DNA from: Anaerolineae bacterium
GTDB lineage: Bacteria; Chloroflexota; Anaerolineae; UBA1429
Length of the DNA stretch: 64,000 nucleotides
Direction: 5' to 3'
NCBI GenBank assembly: GCA_040772225.1
Contig: JAXGYO010000002.1
Location: 1,066,767-1,130,766 of the forward strand
How positions within the stretch are numbered: position 1 is the first letter of the stretch; each line of letters starts with the position of its first letter. A model generated the notes under the pieces. It did no database searches and was not told the DNA's origin. It saw only the letters and a list, made by a program, of their open reading frames with translations. The translations under genes were made by a program, and so were the position numbers. Positions 52,917 through 63,189 of the stretch are shown piece by piece.

Positions 52917-53585
52917 GGAGACGATCTCGCGATACCGGGCGATCGCCCCGGCGATACCGAGTTCGCTGCGGAAAATGGCCGAGCCAATCACCAGCGTATC
53001 GGCTCCTGCCTCTAACACTGCCTCGATGGTTTCGGCATTCACCCCACCATCGACCTCAATCGCGCATCTCTGTAGTCCCCGGCTATCCAGCATCGCCCTC
53101 AGAGGCGCTACCTTGCCCAGCGCCGACGGGATTAGCCGCTGGCCCCCAAAACCCGGATTCACCGTCATCACCAGAACCAGCGCGACCTGATCCAGCACAT
53201 GTTCGAGCGTGCTGATGGGCGTGGCAGGATTGAGCGTCACAGAAGGCAGCGCCCCCGCCTCACGGATCTGCTCGAGAGTACGGTTGAGATGCGGACACGT
53301 CTCAACATGCACGGTGATCAGATCGGCCCCGGCTTGAGCAAAAGTGTCGATATAAGCCTCGGGGTGCTCGATCATCAGGTGCACATGTATGGGCAACTGC
53401 GTAACAGGTCTGAGCGCCTCCACAATCAGCGGGCCGACTGAGATGTTGGGGACAAAATGACCGTCCATCACATCCACATGCAGAACGTCGGCGCCGGCCG
53501 CCTCCGCCATCTGCACCTCCTCACCCAACCGCGCAAAGTCGGCGGCCAGAATCGAAGGGGCGATGCGAATGGGGAGATGGCCCAT
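52893..53585 (-). CDS. rpe: Ribulose-phosphate 3-epimerase
   Basis: 230 aa. Motifs: IAPSILAADFARLGEE, HVDVMDGHFVPN, MTVNPGFGGQ. Confidence 0.95.
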   Translation of the reverse strand: MGHLPIRIAPSILAADFARLGEEVQMAEAAGADVLHVDVMDGHFVPNISVGPLIVEALRPVTQLPIHVHLMIEHPEAYIDTFAQAGADLITVHVETCPHLNRTLEQIREAGALPSVTLNPATPISTLEHVLDQVALVLVMTVNPGFGGQRLIPSALGKVAPLRAMLDSRGLQRCAIEVDGGVNAETIEAVLEAGADTLVIGSAIFRSELGIAGAIARYREIVSKKEGSLP

Positions 53586-53592
53586 GGACTCG

Positions 53593-54654
53593 CTATCCTT
53601 CCTGCTCGCCAGCCAGGAGGCTTCTCAGTTGTCCACATGCCGCCTGAATGTCCGCACCGCGGGTGACACGCACCGTCGTCTGTATCCCTGCCTGCACGAG
53701 AATCTCCTGGAAGCGAAGCACGCGCTCCCGGCTAGAGGGCTGAAATTCTGCGCCCTCGACATAGTTCATCGGGATGAGATTGACGTGCGCCAACAACCCG
53801 TGTAGCAGCCTCGCGGTTGCGTGTGCATGCTCGTCCGAGTCATTGACCCCATCAGCCAGGGCATACTCAAAGGTTACGCGCCGCCCAGTGCGCTCGATAT
53901 ACAGCCTCACCGCATCCATCAGCCTCGCCAGGGGATACCGGCGGTTGACGGGGATCAACTGGTTGCGCAAGCGATCATCGGGGGTATGGAGCGATACGGC
54001 CAAACCGACAGCCAGTCCCTCGCGGGCGAGGCGCTCGATGCCGGGGACAATGCCCACCGTAGAGATGGTAAAGCGCCGGATGCCCAGGGCCAACCCCTGG
54101 CGATCGTTGAGGTTTAGCACCGACTGCCAAACCGCATCAAAGTTCAACATGGGTTCGCCCATACCCATGAACACAATGTTGGTCACATGTGCATTCTCGC
54201 GCTGGAGACGCTGCGCAAAGTACAACTCCTGAGCCGTGATCTCACCTGTGGTAAGATCACGCACAAAGCCGCCGCGGCCCGTGGCGCAGAATGTGCAGCC
54301 CACCGGGCATCCAATCTGTGACGACACGCAAACGGTGTTGCGATTGGTGTACCGCATGAGAACCGTCTCGACCAACTGCCCATCCTGCGTCTGAAAGGCT
54401 ACCTTCTCAGTAAGCCCGTCTTCAGCCTCGCTGGTAGCCATCACTGGCAGGTGTAGTATCTCAGTCTGCTCCAGGAGGCGCTGCCGGAGGCCTACAGGCA
54501 GGTTGCCCATCTCACCAGGATCATCGGTGAGCGTGTGATAGATCCATCGCCAGATCTGAGCCGCACGAAATCGCGGCTCGCCCCACGTCATCACGAGACG
54601 TCTGAGCTGATCCATCGATAGATCCAGTAGATTGATCTTTTGGGTGTCAACCAT
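53593..54654 (-). CDS. rlmN: 23S rRNA/tRNA (adenine-C2)-methyltransferase RlmN (radical SAM)
   Basis: Radical SAM motif CVSSQIGCPVGCTFCATG, plus FRAAQIWRWIY and NIVFMGMGEP. ATG 54654 follows AGAGGG. GTG 54681 is an alternative start. Confidence 0.9.
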   Translation of the reverse strand: MVDTQKINLLDLSMDQLRRLVMTWGEPRFRAAQIWRWIYHTLTDDPGEMGNLPVGLRQRLLEQTEILHLPVMATSEAEDGLTEKVAFQTQDGQLVETVLMRYTNRNTVCVSSQIGCPVGCTFCATGRGGFVRDLTTGEITAQELYFAQRLQRENAHVTNIVFMGMGEPMLNFDAVWQSVLNLNDRQGLALGIRRFTISTVGIVPGIERLAREGLAVGLAVSLHTPDDRLRNQLIPVNRRYPLARLMDAVRLYIERTGRRVTFEYALADGVNDSDEHAHATARLLHGLLAHVNLIPMNYVEGAEFQPSSRERVLRFQEILVQAGIQTTVRVTRGADIQAACGQLRSLLAGEQEG

Positions 54655-54702
54655 CAGTGAGCCCTCTAACCTGGCGCACACACAAGACCAGGGATGTCAA
54701 CT

Positions 54703-55392
54703 TCAGCGCCGGCGCGTTCCGCTCAACAGCGATGCATAGTACAGTATGTTGGCCAGCGACTGTACGGCCGCGGCGACATAGGTCAGCGCGGCCGCGGACA
54801 GCACCGCCCGCGCCCCGCGTGTCTCTTCGTCACTGACGATCAGCCCGCTCGATTCCAGCATGGCGATCGCGCGCGCGCTGGCATTATACTCAACGGGCAG
54901 TGTCACCAGCGAGAAAACAAGGGTGCCTGAGAATAGAAACAGTCCGACTGTGGCTAGAGACGAACTGGCGAGCAGCATCCCCACGATAAACAGCACTGGC
55001 CCTGCCCAGGAACCGATCTGCACAACGGGAACAAGGCTGCCCCGCACCTTGAGCATAAAGTAGCCTTCCTTATCCTGCACGGCATGGCCCACCTCGTGAG
55101 CAACGATGCTGAGACCAGCGAGTGAGTCAGTACGTGCTACGCCCGGCGATAGACTCAGCCGCTTGTGCCTGGGATCATAGTGATCCGTCAGTTCTCCGGC
55201 CACCTCAGCGATCTGTATATCATCCAAACCATTAACCCGCAGCAGCCGCTGTGCAGCCTCATAACCCGTGATGTTGCGCCGGTTCCGCACTTTCAGATAC
55301 TTGGAATAGGCGGATTTGATCTTGAATTGAGCATAAAGGCCCAGCAAGAGTGCCGGTAAGGCAAATATAAAGTACGTAGAGTTAAAGTACAT
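54703..55392 (-). CDS. YugP-like membrane zinc metallopeptidase
   Basis: 229 aa. N-terminal TM segment, HExxH motif (VAHEVGHAVQ) and C-terminal TM helices. Confidence 0.85.
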   Translation of the reverse strand: MYFNSTYFIFALPALLLGLYAQFKIKSAYSKYLKVRNRRNITGYEAAQRLLRVNGLDDIQIAEVAGELTDHYDPRHKRLSLSPGVARTDSLAGLSIVAHEVGHAVQDKEGYFMLKVRGSLVPVVQIGSWAGPVLFIVGMLLASSSLATVGLFLFSGTLVFSLVTLPVEYNASARAIAMLESSGLIVSDEETRGARAVLSAAALTYVAAAVQSLANILYYASLLSGTRRR

Positions 55393-55491
55393 GAGTTAGT
55401 GTCCCTCCCAATAAGGCACTGTCAACCTCCCAATAAGGCACCGTCAACCTGGCCGCCTTATTATAGCCCGCTGAGGCTTACCCTCCAACTA

Positions 55492-56490
55492 TCAGCGCGA
55501 GGACTCTTGTTCTGTAGCCTGGATCAAACCTCTAATGTACCCGTAGCTAAAGGCATGGGCACGGTGGTTGTAAGATGTGTCCATATCGGAATGGGGGACA
55601 TGATCAGGGATCAGCACCCCATCATAGCCGACTTTGCGATAGGTTTTGATTGCTTTGACCATATCGACATCGCCTTCATCCGGAAATACCTCGTCAAAGG
55701 CCAGATACCCTCCGCGAATGTTGCGAAAGTGCACCCAGAAGATGCGCTTCCGCTCACCAAAGTAGCGGATCGCCTCATAGACCTGATCCGGATGCGTGCA
55801 CATCTCGCTTATCGTGCCCTGGCAGAAATTCAGCCCGTGATAGGGGCTGTCGCTCAAGGCGATGAAACGCTTCACGCCCTGGATACTTCCCAGCACGCGC
55901 TCGATGCCCCGGTAGCCTGTTCCCGGCGGCATTCCGGGATCGTGCTGGTGGCATCCCATCCGCACGCCGCACGACTCCGCAACCGGGATTGCCCGCTCGA
56001 TAAAGTAACTGATGCGCTCCCAGGCCTGCTCCGCGGTGACAGGGGCATAGGGCAAGGGAGGATCGTTCTTGACTTCATCATAGCTAAAGTGACTGTAGGT
56101 CACGCCTCCTCGTCCCCTGGTTCGCACAGGGTTGCGCACTACCGGAAGAATGGCCAGGTTGTAGAGCAGGGTCGTGATCCCGGCCTCGCCGGCAGCCTCG
56201 ATACAGCGCACACAATTCTCGATCTGCCGATCTCTGTCAGGGCCCGCAAGCATGATATCGGGCCAGATCTGCTCTTCAATCCCGGCTGACGTCAGAGGCA
56301 GATGCATCGCCGCGAGAATGAGACCGTGAGCCTCGACAGTCTCACGAACACGCTGCAGTGCCTCCACATCCCAGTAGCCTCGCTCCAAACCCAGCCTGTC
56401 CAGCGGCGTGACATCGACGTGGGTCACACCCATCTGCCGGGCAAAATCCAGGTGCTCGTGACTATATGGAAGCTGTGCCCCAAGATACAT
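55492..56490 (-). CDS. uxuA: Mannonate dehydratase-like (UxuA family, TIM barrel)
   Basis: 332 aa from ATG 56490, after GGGGGAGAAGGG. The C-terminal region IFWVHFRNIRGGYLAFDEVFPDEGDVDMVKAIKTYRKVGYDGVLIPDHVP resembles UxuA. The track extension to 56916 is rejected. Confidence 0.75.
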   Translation of the reverse strand: MYLGAQLPYSHEHLDFARQMGVTHVDVTPLDRLGLERGYWDVEALQRVRETVEAHGLILAAMHLPLTSAGIEEQIWPDIMLAGPDRDRQIENCVRCIEAAGEAGITTLLYNLAILPVVRNPVRTRGRGGVTYSHFSYDEVKNDPPLPYAPVTAEQAWERISYFIERAIPVAESCGVRMGCHQHDPGMPPGTGYRGIERVLGSIQGVKRFIALSDSPYHGLNFCQGTISEMCTHPDQVYEAIRYFGERKRIFWVHFRNIRGGYLAFDEVFPDEGDVDMVKAIKTYRKVGYDGVLIPDHVPHSDMDTSYNHRAHAFSYGYIRGLIQATEQESSR

Positions 56491-56631
56491 GTCCCTTCTC
56501 CCCCAGCTGAAGATAGGCTGATTGTAGCCGACACCGCGCCGCCATTCCAGCGGCGCACCGCAACGTAGCCATCCATATTGACCCTGATGCTGCCGGGCGC
56601 TATAGTCTACAGTTACAGGGAGGATCAAGGG

Positions 56632-57756
56632 ATGGGGTTGGTACTCGTACGCTACGGTGAGATCGCGCTCAAGGGCCGGAACCGGCCGCTGTTTTTGCGC
56701 CGGCTCCGCCGTAACATCCGGGCTGCCCTCGCTGCCTGTGGCCTGCAGGGCACGGTATTCAGCGGCGGACGCCGAATCTACATAGATACGCCCTCTCCAT
56801 GGGAGGCCCTCGATCCCCTGAGCCGCGTCTTTGGTATCGTTTCTGCCAGCCCTGTGTCCTCGGTTGCCCCGGACCTTGCCGCTATCACCGCGGAGGCCCT
56901 CGAGCAAGCGCACCACGAGGATCTCGTGCCGGGTCGAACCTTTCGCATCATGACCCGCCGCAGCGACAAGAGTTTCTCGATGCTTTCACCCCAGGTCGAA
57001 GACCACGTTGGGGCAGCCGTTGTTAAAGACACGGGGGCCACGGTCGACCTCTCACGCAGGGCAGAGCTTAGCATTGGCATCGAGATCGGCTCAGAGTCGG
57101 CCATGGTCTATAGCACCACCGTGCAAGGACCCGGCGGCTTGCCGGTTGGGATCGAAGGCCGCGTAGTGGCTCTTTTATCCGGCGGTCTGGACTCGCTCGT
57201 GGCGGCCTGGATGATGATGAAACGCGGCTGTGCCGTCATTCCCCTCCATGTCGCGATCCATCCCGCCGAGTCACAGACCGTGCTCGAACAGATCGCAGAA
57301 CTGCAGCGCTTTAGCTACGGCTGGGAGATGAGACCTATCCTCGTGGACTATCACACCACTGTGGAGCCACTGCTGCAGCGATTGCAGGGGCCGCGAGAGC
57401 GGCGCTGGACCTGTCTCGTGTGCAAGCACGCGATGATGTCACAGGCCGCATCCATTGCAGCCGAACACGATGCCCACGGCATCGTCATGGGCGATTCGCT
57501 CGGCCAGGTGGCGAGCCAGACACTGCGCAACCTGGAGGCTGTTTCGCAAGGCATCGGATTGCCCATCCATCGGCCGCTGATTGGGATGGACAAGCTTGAG
57601 ATCAGCGCGCTGGCGACACGGGTCGGACTGAACGAGCCCCCCGCGCGGGCCAGCACACCATGCCCCTATGTGCCAGATAGTCCGGTCACACGGGCTCCAG
57701 TAGACAGCTTTGCTGCTCTATGGGATCGCCTTGCACGAGTCGAGGAGGCGTTATGA
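56632..57756 (+). CDS. thiI: tRNA 4-thiouridine synthase ThiI
   Basis: MGLVLVRYGEIALKGRNRPLF is a ThiI-type N-terminus, and the PP-loop reads LLSGGLDSLVAAWMMMKRG. ATG 56632 follows GGGAGGA. Confidence 0.9.
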   Translation: MGLVLVRYGEIALKGRNRPLFLRRLRRNIRAALAACGLQGTVFSGGRRIYIDTPSPWEALDPLSRVFGIVSASPVSSVAPDLAAITAEALEQAHHEDLVPGRTFRIMTRRSDKSFSMLSPQVEDHVGAAVVKDTGATVDLSRRAELSIGIEIGSESAMVYSTTVQGPGGLPVGIEGRVVALLSGGLDSLVAAWMMMKRGCAVIPLHVAIHPAESQTVLEQIAELQRFSYGWEMRPILVDYHTTVEPLLQRLQGPRERRWTCLVCKHAMMSQAASIAAEHDAHGIVMGDSLGQVASQTLRNLEAVSQGIGLPIHRPLIGMDKLEISALATRVGLNEPPARASTPCPYVPDSPVTRAPVDSFAALWDRLARVEEAL

Positions 57757-60419
57757 GCACCTCTATTGTCACGCAGTCTCCAGTATGGCGCTGGACAGTA
57801 CGATCTGGGATCGTCGCGTTGCTGGTCCTGTTACTTGTGCTGTCACCCCTGTGCGGCTGTGCTCGCGAAAGGGGCAAAGCTGAGCCCGTGGAGGATGTTC
57901 AACTCCAAACCGCCACGGATACACCGACCATCGTCAGCCCGACGGCAACGATCGCCCCCGAACCATCGCAGACCCCATCGATGCTGAGTTCCCCCGCCCT
58001 CATCGGCATCATCGATCTGGGCGGGCCCGCCTTGCACGGGCGCCAACCCCTTGCGCTGGCACTGTCCGGGGCCTTTGTCTATGTGGCTAACGAAGCCACG
58101 GACAACCTGTCCGTCATTCGTGACGGCAGGGTTCAGAACGTGCTGCCGCTGCAGCCCGGACCCTACCATGCAGCCTATGGCGCCGATGCGGAACGTGCGT
58201 ACCTGAGCGCTGAGCAAGCTCAGGTCATCTATGTCCTGGAAGCCGGGGAGATCGCCAACGTCTGGCCGCTCGCGTTTGCCCCAACCGCACTCGCCCTGGC
58301 AGACGAAACGCTATGGATTGGCGGGGCCGATGGGACCATCGCCAGACTGGACGCCATCAGTGGCCATCTGGTCTCTACAGATGCCCCACTTGACGACGGG
58401 ATGATCGTTGATCTCTTGAGCCCAGGCGGCGACTATGTGCTTGCCGCCACATTTACACAGATTCATTTATATTCGCGGGCAGACGCGCGAATCATTGTTA
58501 GCCAGCCCTACCCGGGTTATCGGACCATGGCAGCCGGTGATGATGCCATCTATGTCTGTGCCTATGATCGTGACACCGACACCACGATCGTCGACGAGTT
58601 GAACGGCACATCCCTCTTGCTACAGAACAGGCTGACGGTCCCTGACGACACTGTCGCGCTGGCGGTGGACGCCACCACCAATCGACTGGTCGCGGCCGGC
58701 AATATCACGAACCAGATCAGCCTGTACGATCTGACAAGCGGCGACCTCCTGGCGACCACCGGGGCCGGACTCTCGCCTCAGCAGCTGGTATACGATCCGG
58801 CCAGCCAACTGATCTATGCCTCGTTTTTCGAGAGCGATACTGTAGCAGCGTTCGAATCGGAGACGCTCCGGCTGGAGCAGACAGTGCCGCTCACGCTGCG
58901 GGTAACGGCGCTCTTGGCCTCAGAGAGCTCGGAAATGCTCTATGTGGGTCTCAATGACGGCACCGTGCGCGCGCTCGGTCCCCAGAGCGATGCGACCCTT
59001 CTCGCGGGCGCCGGATATCCCGCGGCTTTGGCAGAGCTGCCCGACGGCGCGGGCCTGGCGGTACTGGACAAAAGCCGCAAGGAGCTGGCGCTGTACGATA
59101 CCGACATGCAGCGAACGCAGTTAGTCTCTGCCGGAGGCGCGGCACGCGGCCTCTATCTCGATACCACAAGCGATAGCCTGTTCGCCAATGGCACACGCCT
59201 CGCGCTGAGCACAGGCTCAACCGACGAGATTAGATTCTCTGCCGGGCAGCCCGATGGTGGGCCTGTCCAGGTTGTGCGTGACACGACACAGGATGTCCTC
59301 TACGCCGTTGCGCTCAACGGGCTTGCGGGGTCAAACGGGGGATATGTCGTCTACCGTCAGGACGGAGACCAATGGGCTGACACCAGGGTACCTGGGCGGT
59401 TGAGCGTTCTGGACATTGTTTTTGACCAGGCCACGGACCGCTTTTTCGCAACCAACGGGCACATGGGCACCTATGGAGTACAGGTATTTGACACCCGGCT
59501 GGGGCAGGAAATACATTATGTAACATTGGAGGCGCCACCCGTCGCGCTTCTCTTGAGCAGCCAGTTTTCACATCTTTGGGTCGCGACGGCGGTTGCGGCA
59601 TCGGCAGGCACGCCGGCCCATACTCTGGTCACTGCATATGACACGCGTGTCTTTGCGCCAGTGGCCAGCGTGCGGATTAACGATACCATCGCTCTGGCCA
59701 CCGTCGATCGAGACAGCGGCAGGCTCCACCTGGCAGCCGCCAGCGGGGCCATCATCTACACGCTTCAGGACACGCCCCTGCCCCGGCCAAAGACGGCAGT
59801 GGAGCCTGTGCTCGCACCCGCGCAAACGTCCACTGCGCCCGCTGAGGTAATACCCGTGGAGAGCGCCAGCCCGCCAGTGGCCACTGCCACGCTGGCACCG
59901 ACACCTTCCAAGATCGCGTCTCCGCTGCCAACATACACGCTGGCACCTACGGCCACAACGGCCCTCAGGTGCGAGATTCCTGTTCAGACTGATCTACAGG
60001 CAGCCTGGGAGTCGGCGGCATCGGAGCTGGGATGCCCAACCAGCGCTGCGATGCGCGATGACTGGGGCTGGCAGCCATTTGAGGGTGGGACTGCCTACTG
60101 GCGCCGCGACACCCGGCAGATCATTATGGCCCTCTCCAGCGGCACAATCTTGCCGTTTGAGGATCGTTGGCTCGAAGGTATGCCGGACCAGTCCTGCGAG
60201 GCGAACGCCCCGGAGGGCCTCTGGCAACCGATTCGCGGTTTCGGGCTTGTGTGGTGTGAGCAACCCGGAGTTCGTGACGCCCTTGGTTGGGCGCTGGAGC
60301 CGGAGGCTGTCTTCCAGAGCACCTACCAGCTCTTTAGCCGGGGCATTCTGTTTACCGGTAATGGACACGGCGTCATCTGGCTGGACAATCAGGGCACCTG
60401 GAAAGAACTTGTGCAATAG
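57753..60419 (+). CDS. Lipoprotein with beta-propeller-like repeats, Pro/Thr linker and C-terminal LGFP-like repeats
   Basis: ATG 57753 overlaps the thiI stop (ATGA), with GAGGAGG SD. Signal/lipobox: GIVALLVLLLVLSPLCGCA. The body is long and repeat-like (YVANEATDNLSVI, LVAAGNITNQISLYDL, LIYASFFESDTVAAF). The C-terminus ELGCPTSAAMRDDWGWQPFEGGTAYW and ALGWALEPEAVFQSTYQLFSRGILF resembles LGFP repeats. Confidence 0.8.
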   Translation: MSTSIVTQSPVWRWTVRSGIVALLVLLLVLSPLCGCARERGKAEPVEDVQLQTATDTPTIVSPTATIAPEPSQTPSMLSSPALIGIIDLGGPALHGRQPLALALSGAFVYVANEATDNLSVIRDGRVQNVLPLQPGPYHAAYGADAERAYLSAEQAQVIYVLEAGEIANVWPLAFAPTALALADETLWIGGADGTIARLDAISGHLVSTDAPLDDGMIVDLLSPGGDYVLAATFTQIHLYSRADARIIVSQPYPGYRTMAAGDDAIYVCAYDRDTDTTIVDELNGTSLLLQNRLTVPDDTVALAVDATTNRLVAAGNITNQISLYDLTSGDLLATTGAGLSPQQLVYDPASQLIYASFFESDTVAAFESETLRLEQTVPLTLRVTALLASESSEMLYVGLNDGTVRALGPQSDATLLAGAGYPAALAELPDGAGLAVLDKSRKELALYDTDMQRTQLVSAGGAARGLYLDTTSDSLFANGTRLALSTGSTDEIRFSAGQPDGGPVQVVRDTTQDVLYAVALNGLAGSNGGYVVYRQDGDQWADTRVPGRLSVLDIVFDQATDRFFATNGHMGTYGVQVFDTRLGQEIHYVTLEAPPVALLLSSQFSHLWVATAVAASAGTPAHTLVTAYDTRVFAPVASVRINDTIALATVDRDSGRLHLAAASGAIIYTLQDTPLPRPKTAVEPVLAPAQTSTAPAEVIPVESASPPVATATLAPTPSKIASPLPTYTLAPTATTALRCEIPVQTDLQAAWESAASELGCPTSAAMRDDWGWQPFEGGTAYWRRDTRQIIMALSSGTILPFEDRWLEGMPDQSCEANAPEGLWQPIRGFGLVWCEQPGVRDALGWALEPEAVFQSTYQLFSRGILFTGNGHGVIWLDNQGTWKELVQ

Positions 60420-60431
60420 GGAGACTGGCAC

Positions 60432-61949
60432 ATGGCCAATAGCACCGAAAAGTGGCCTCGCCGCTGTGGGATCCTCTGTCACCCAACATGCTTCCCGAGC
60501 CCTTTTGGAATCGGCGACTTTGGTGAGGGGGCATATCGCTTTGTCGATTTCGCCAGCGCGGCGGGCCAATCAGTGTGGCAGATCTTGCCGCTCGGACCCA
60601 CAGGGTATGGCGACTCGCCATACCAGCCCTTTTCCGCCTTTGCGGGGAATCCGCTGCTGATCGATCCTCGACAGCTGGTATCGGAGGGCCTGCTCACCAC
60701 CGACGAAGCGGCCAGCGGGGGGCCATGGGACGACTCGCGTGTCAACTATGGAGACGTCATTGGGTTCAAGCGAGCGCTCTTGACGACTGCCTACTCGCGG
60801 GTGGGGCAGACCTCCAGTGACTTTCAAGACGGTCTGAGCGCCTTTAGGGAGACCAACAACGCCTGGCTGGAGGACTATGCCCTCTTCATGGCCCTGAAGG
60901 AACGCCTGAACTGGGCGGCCTGGCCGGACTGGGATCCTGCCCTGGTAAGGCGCGATCCTGAGACGCTCGACGGTTGGCGACAGGCACTGAGTGCTGAGAT
61001 TGGCTATCATTGCTTTACCCAGTACCTCTTTGAGCAGCAGTGGCAACGCCTGCATCGTTATGCTTCGGAAAAAGGGCTCAGCATCATCGGGGATCTTCCC
61101 ATCTTTGTCGGGCATGACAGCGCCGACGTATGGAGCAATCAGGAACTCTTCTATCTCGATCCCGCAGGACAGCCCACCGTCGTGGCCGGGGTACCGCCAG
61201 ACTATTTCTCGCCCACAGGCCAACGATGGGGAAATCCCCTGTACCGGTGGGACCTTATGGCCGAGCATGGCTATCGGTGGTGGGTCCGGCGACTATCGAG
61301 GGTCCTATCTCAGGTGGATGAGGTGCGGATAGACCACTTTCGGGGCTTTGTGAACTACTGGGAGGTCCCTGCCGACGAGCAGACGGCGATCAACGGCCGC
61401 TGGCTGAAAGGGCCGGGGCGCGGCTTTTTCGATGCCGTCGCCGCTGCGATGGGCAACCTGCCGGTCATTGCTGAGGACCTTGGCATGATCACAGAGGACG
61501 TCACCGAACTGAGGCAGGAACTGGGCCTTCCCGGCATGACGGTGCTGCAGTTCGCCTTTGATGGCCAGCCGACGAATCCGCACCTGCCCTACAACCACGA
61601 GCGCAATAGCGTGGTCTACACGGGCACCCATGACAATGACACCACGCTGGGCTGGTACAGTACCGCCAGCGAGCGCGAGGCACATCGCGTCAGGGTCTAC
61701 ACGGGCTCCGACGGCAGCGACATCTCCTGGCACCTGATTCGGCTGGCGATGACCTCGGTCGCCGATCTGGCGATCTACCCCCTTCAGGACATCCTGTCAC
61801 TGGGCAGTTGGGCCCGCATGAACTCCCCTGGTGAGGCTCAGGCCAACTGGGCCTGGCGTTTTCGGGCTGAGGACCTGGATGACCGGCTGGCGGCGGGGCT
61901 GGCCGAGTTGGCGCTCGTGACCGGACGGCGAATTCTGCCGGAAAGCTAA
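60432..61949 (+). CDS. malQ: 4-alpha-glucanotransferase (amylomaltase, GH77)
   Basis: 505 aa. Motifs: GIGDFGEGAYRFVDFASAAGQSVWQILPLGPTGYGDSPYQPFSAFAGNPLLID, IGDLPIFV, RIDHFRGF, IAEDLG, TGTHDN. Confidence 0.95.
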   Translation: MANSTEKWPRRCGILCHPTCFPSPFGIGDFGEGAYRFVDFASAAGQSVWQILPLGPTGYGDSPYQPFSAFAGNPLLIDPRQLVSEGLLTTDEAASGGPWDDSRVNYGDVIGFKRALLTTAYSRVGQTSSDFQDGLSAFRETNNAWLEDYALFMALKERLNWAAWPDWDPALVRRDPETLDGWRQALSAEIGYHCFTQYLFEQQWQRLHRYASEKGLSIIGDLPIFVGHDSADVWSNQELFYLDPAGQPTVVAGVPPDYFSPTGQRWGNPLYRWDLMAEHGYRWWVRRLSRVLSQVDEVRIDHFRGFVNYWEVPADEQTAINGRWLKGPGRGFFDAVAAAMGNLPVIAEDLGMITEDVTELRQELGLPGMTVLQFAFDGQPTNPHLPYNHERNSVVYTGTHDNDTTLGWYSTASEREAHRVRVYTGSDGSDISWHLIRLAMTSVADLAIYPLQDILSLGSWARMNSPGEAQANWAWRFRAEDLDDRLAAGLAELALVTGRRILPES

Positions 61950-62121
61950 GCCGCATCCGATAGCTCAAACCTGTAGCGCCGAGGCGCAATCTTGCTACCA
62001 GCCTGAGCAGCCGAGCAGCGAATCCTCCCGACATCGTCCATGCTTCTGTTTGGGTCTCTGCTCGCCTGCTGGTATCCTTGAAAAATACGATAATCAGAGC
62101 CTACGACGTCAGGAGGAGATC

Positions 62122-63126
62122 ATGACGGGCTTGTCTATTTCACTTGACCTGAGCAGACTGCGCGGTGAGCAAAAGGCACCGCAGGATTCTGCAGTTGAGC
62201 GCGACTTGATCATCATCGGAGCAGGTCCAGCCGGACTCACCGCAGGTCTTTATGCGGGGCGCGCCCTGCTGAAACCTCTCATTCTGGTGGGTCAGTCTTT
62301 GGGGGGGCAAGCTGCAGCGACCAGTGAGATGGAAAACTATCCGGGCTTTCCCCGGGGCGTGGGCGGAATGGACCTGACCCAGCTGATGGCTGAGCAGGCT
62401 GAGCGATTCGGCGCCGAGATCGCCTACGAGGAAGTGACTTCTGTCGATCTGAGCGCCTATCCCTTTACGGTCACAACGTACGGGCCGCAGTTCAAGGCGA
62501 GGAGCCTGATCATAACAACCGGCGCATCGCCCCGAAAGCTAGGTGTGCCGGGCGAAGAGGAATTCACCGGCCACGGCGTATCATACTGCGCCACCTGTGA
62601 TGGTTTCTTTTACCGTGACAAGCGTATTGTGGTCGTAGGCGGCGGTGACAGTGCCGTGGACGAGGGGATCTACCTCACTCGCTTCGCCAGCGAAGTCACC
62701 ATTGTGCACCGTCGCAACCAACTGCGCGCAAGCCAGATTCTGCAGGAACGCGCCCGCGCAAATGAAAAGATTCGATTCGTTTGGGACACGGTCGTGGATG
62801 AGATCGTCGGAGACCAAATGGTGACCGGTGTGCGGATGCATAACGTCAAGACAGGGGAAGAGGTAACGATGCCCACCGACGGCGTCTTTATCTATGCTGG
62901 CTTGATCCCGAATACCCATCTTTTTCGCGGCCAACTCGAACTCACGCCAGAGGGCTATATCATCGCAGACAAGCGGCAGCGCACCAGCGTGCCCGGGGTC
63001 TATGCGGCGGGCGATGTCCAGGATCCCTGGTTCCGTCAGACGGTTATCGCTGCCGGGGCCGGCGCCGCGGCAGCGATCGAGGCAGAGCGGTATCTGGCCG
63101 AAAAGGACTTTGAGGAGCAGCGATAG
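62122..63126 (+). CDS. trxB: Thioredoxin-disulfide reductase
   Basis: ATG 62122 follows AGGAGGAG. FAD motif DLIIIGAGPAGLTAGLYA, redox-active CATCDG, NADPH motif VVGGGDSAVDEG, and GVYAAGDV. Confidence 0.95.
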   Translation: MTGLSISLDLSRLRGEQKAPQDSAVERDLIIIGAGPAGLTAGLYAGRALLKPLILVGQSLGGQAAATSEMENYPGFPRGVGGMDLTQLMAEQAERFGAEIAYEEVTSVDLSAYPFTVTTYGPQFKARSLIITTGASPRKLGVPGEEEFTGHGVSYCATCDGFFYRDKRIVVVGGGDSAVDEGIYLTRFASEVTIVHRRNQLRASQILQERARANEKIRFVWDTVVDEIVGDQMVTGVRMHNVKTGEEVTMPTDGVFIYAGLIPNTHLFRGQLELTPEGYIIADKRQRTSVPGVYAAGDVQDPWFRQTVIAAGAGAAAAIEAERYLAEKDFEEQR

Positions 63127-63159
63127 CGCTGGAAACTACCCCCCCGCGTAACGCTCTCC

Positions 63160-63189
63160 GAACCCGGCGGCTGCCCTGTCGCCGGGTTC
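63160..63189. terminator. Hairpin between convergent trxB and methyltransferase genes
   Basis: GAACCCGGCG-(10-nt loop)-CGCCGGGTTC, a perfect 10-bp stem. It ends 1 nt before the methyltransferase stop codon. Confidence 0.5.

Noticed and set aside
55492-56916. The 474-aa version of the UxuA-like ORF
   Set aside because: The N-terminal 142 codons are non-protein-like and run across the divergent thiI start region. ATG 56490 with a strong SD gives a 332-aa TIM-barrel-sized protein.
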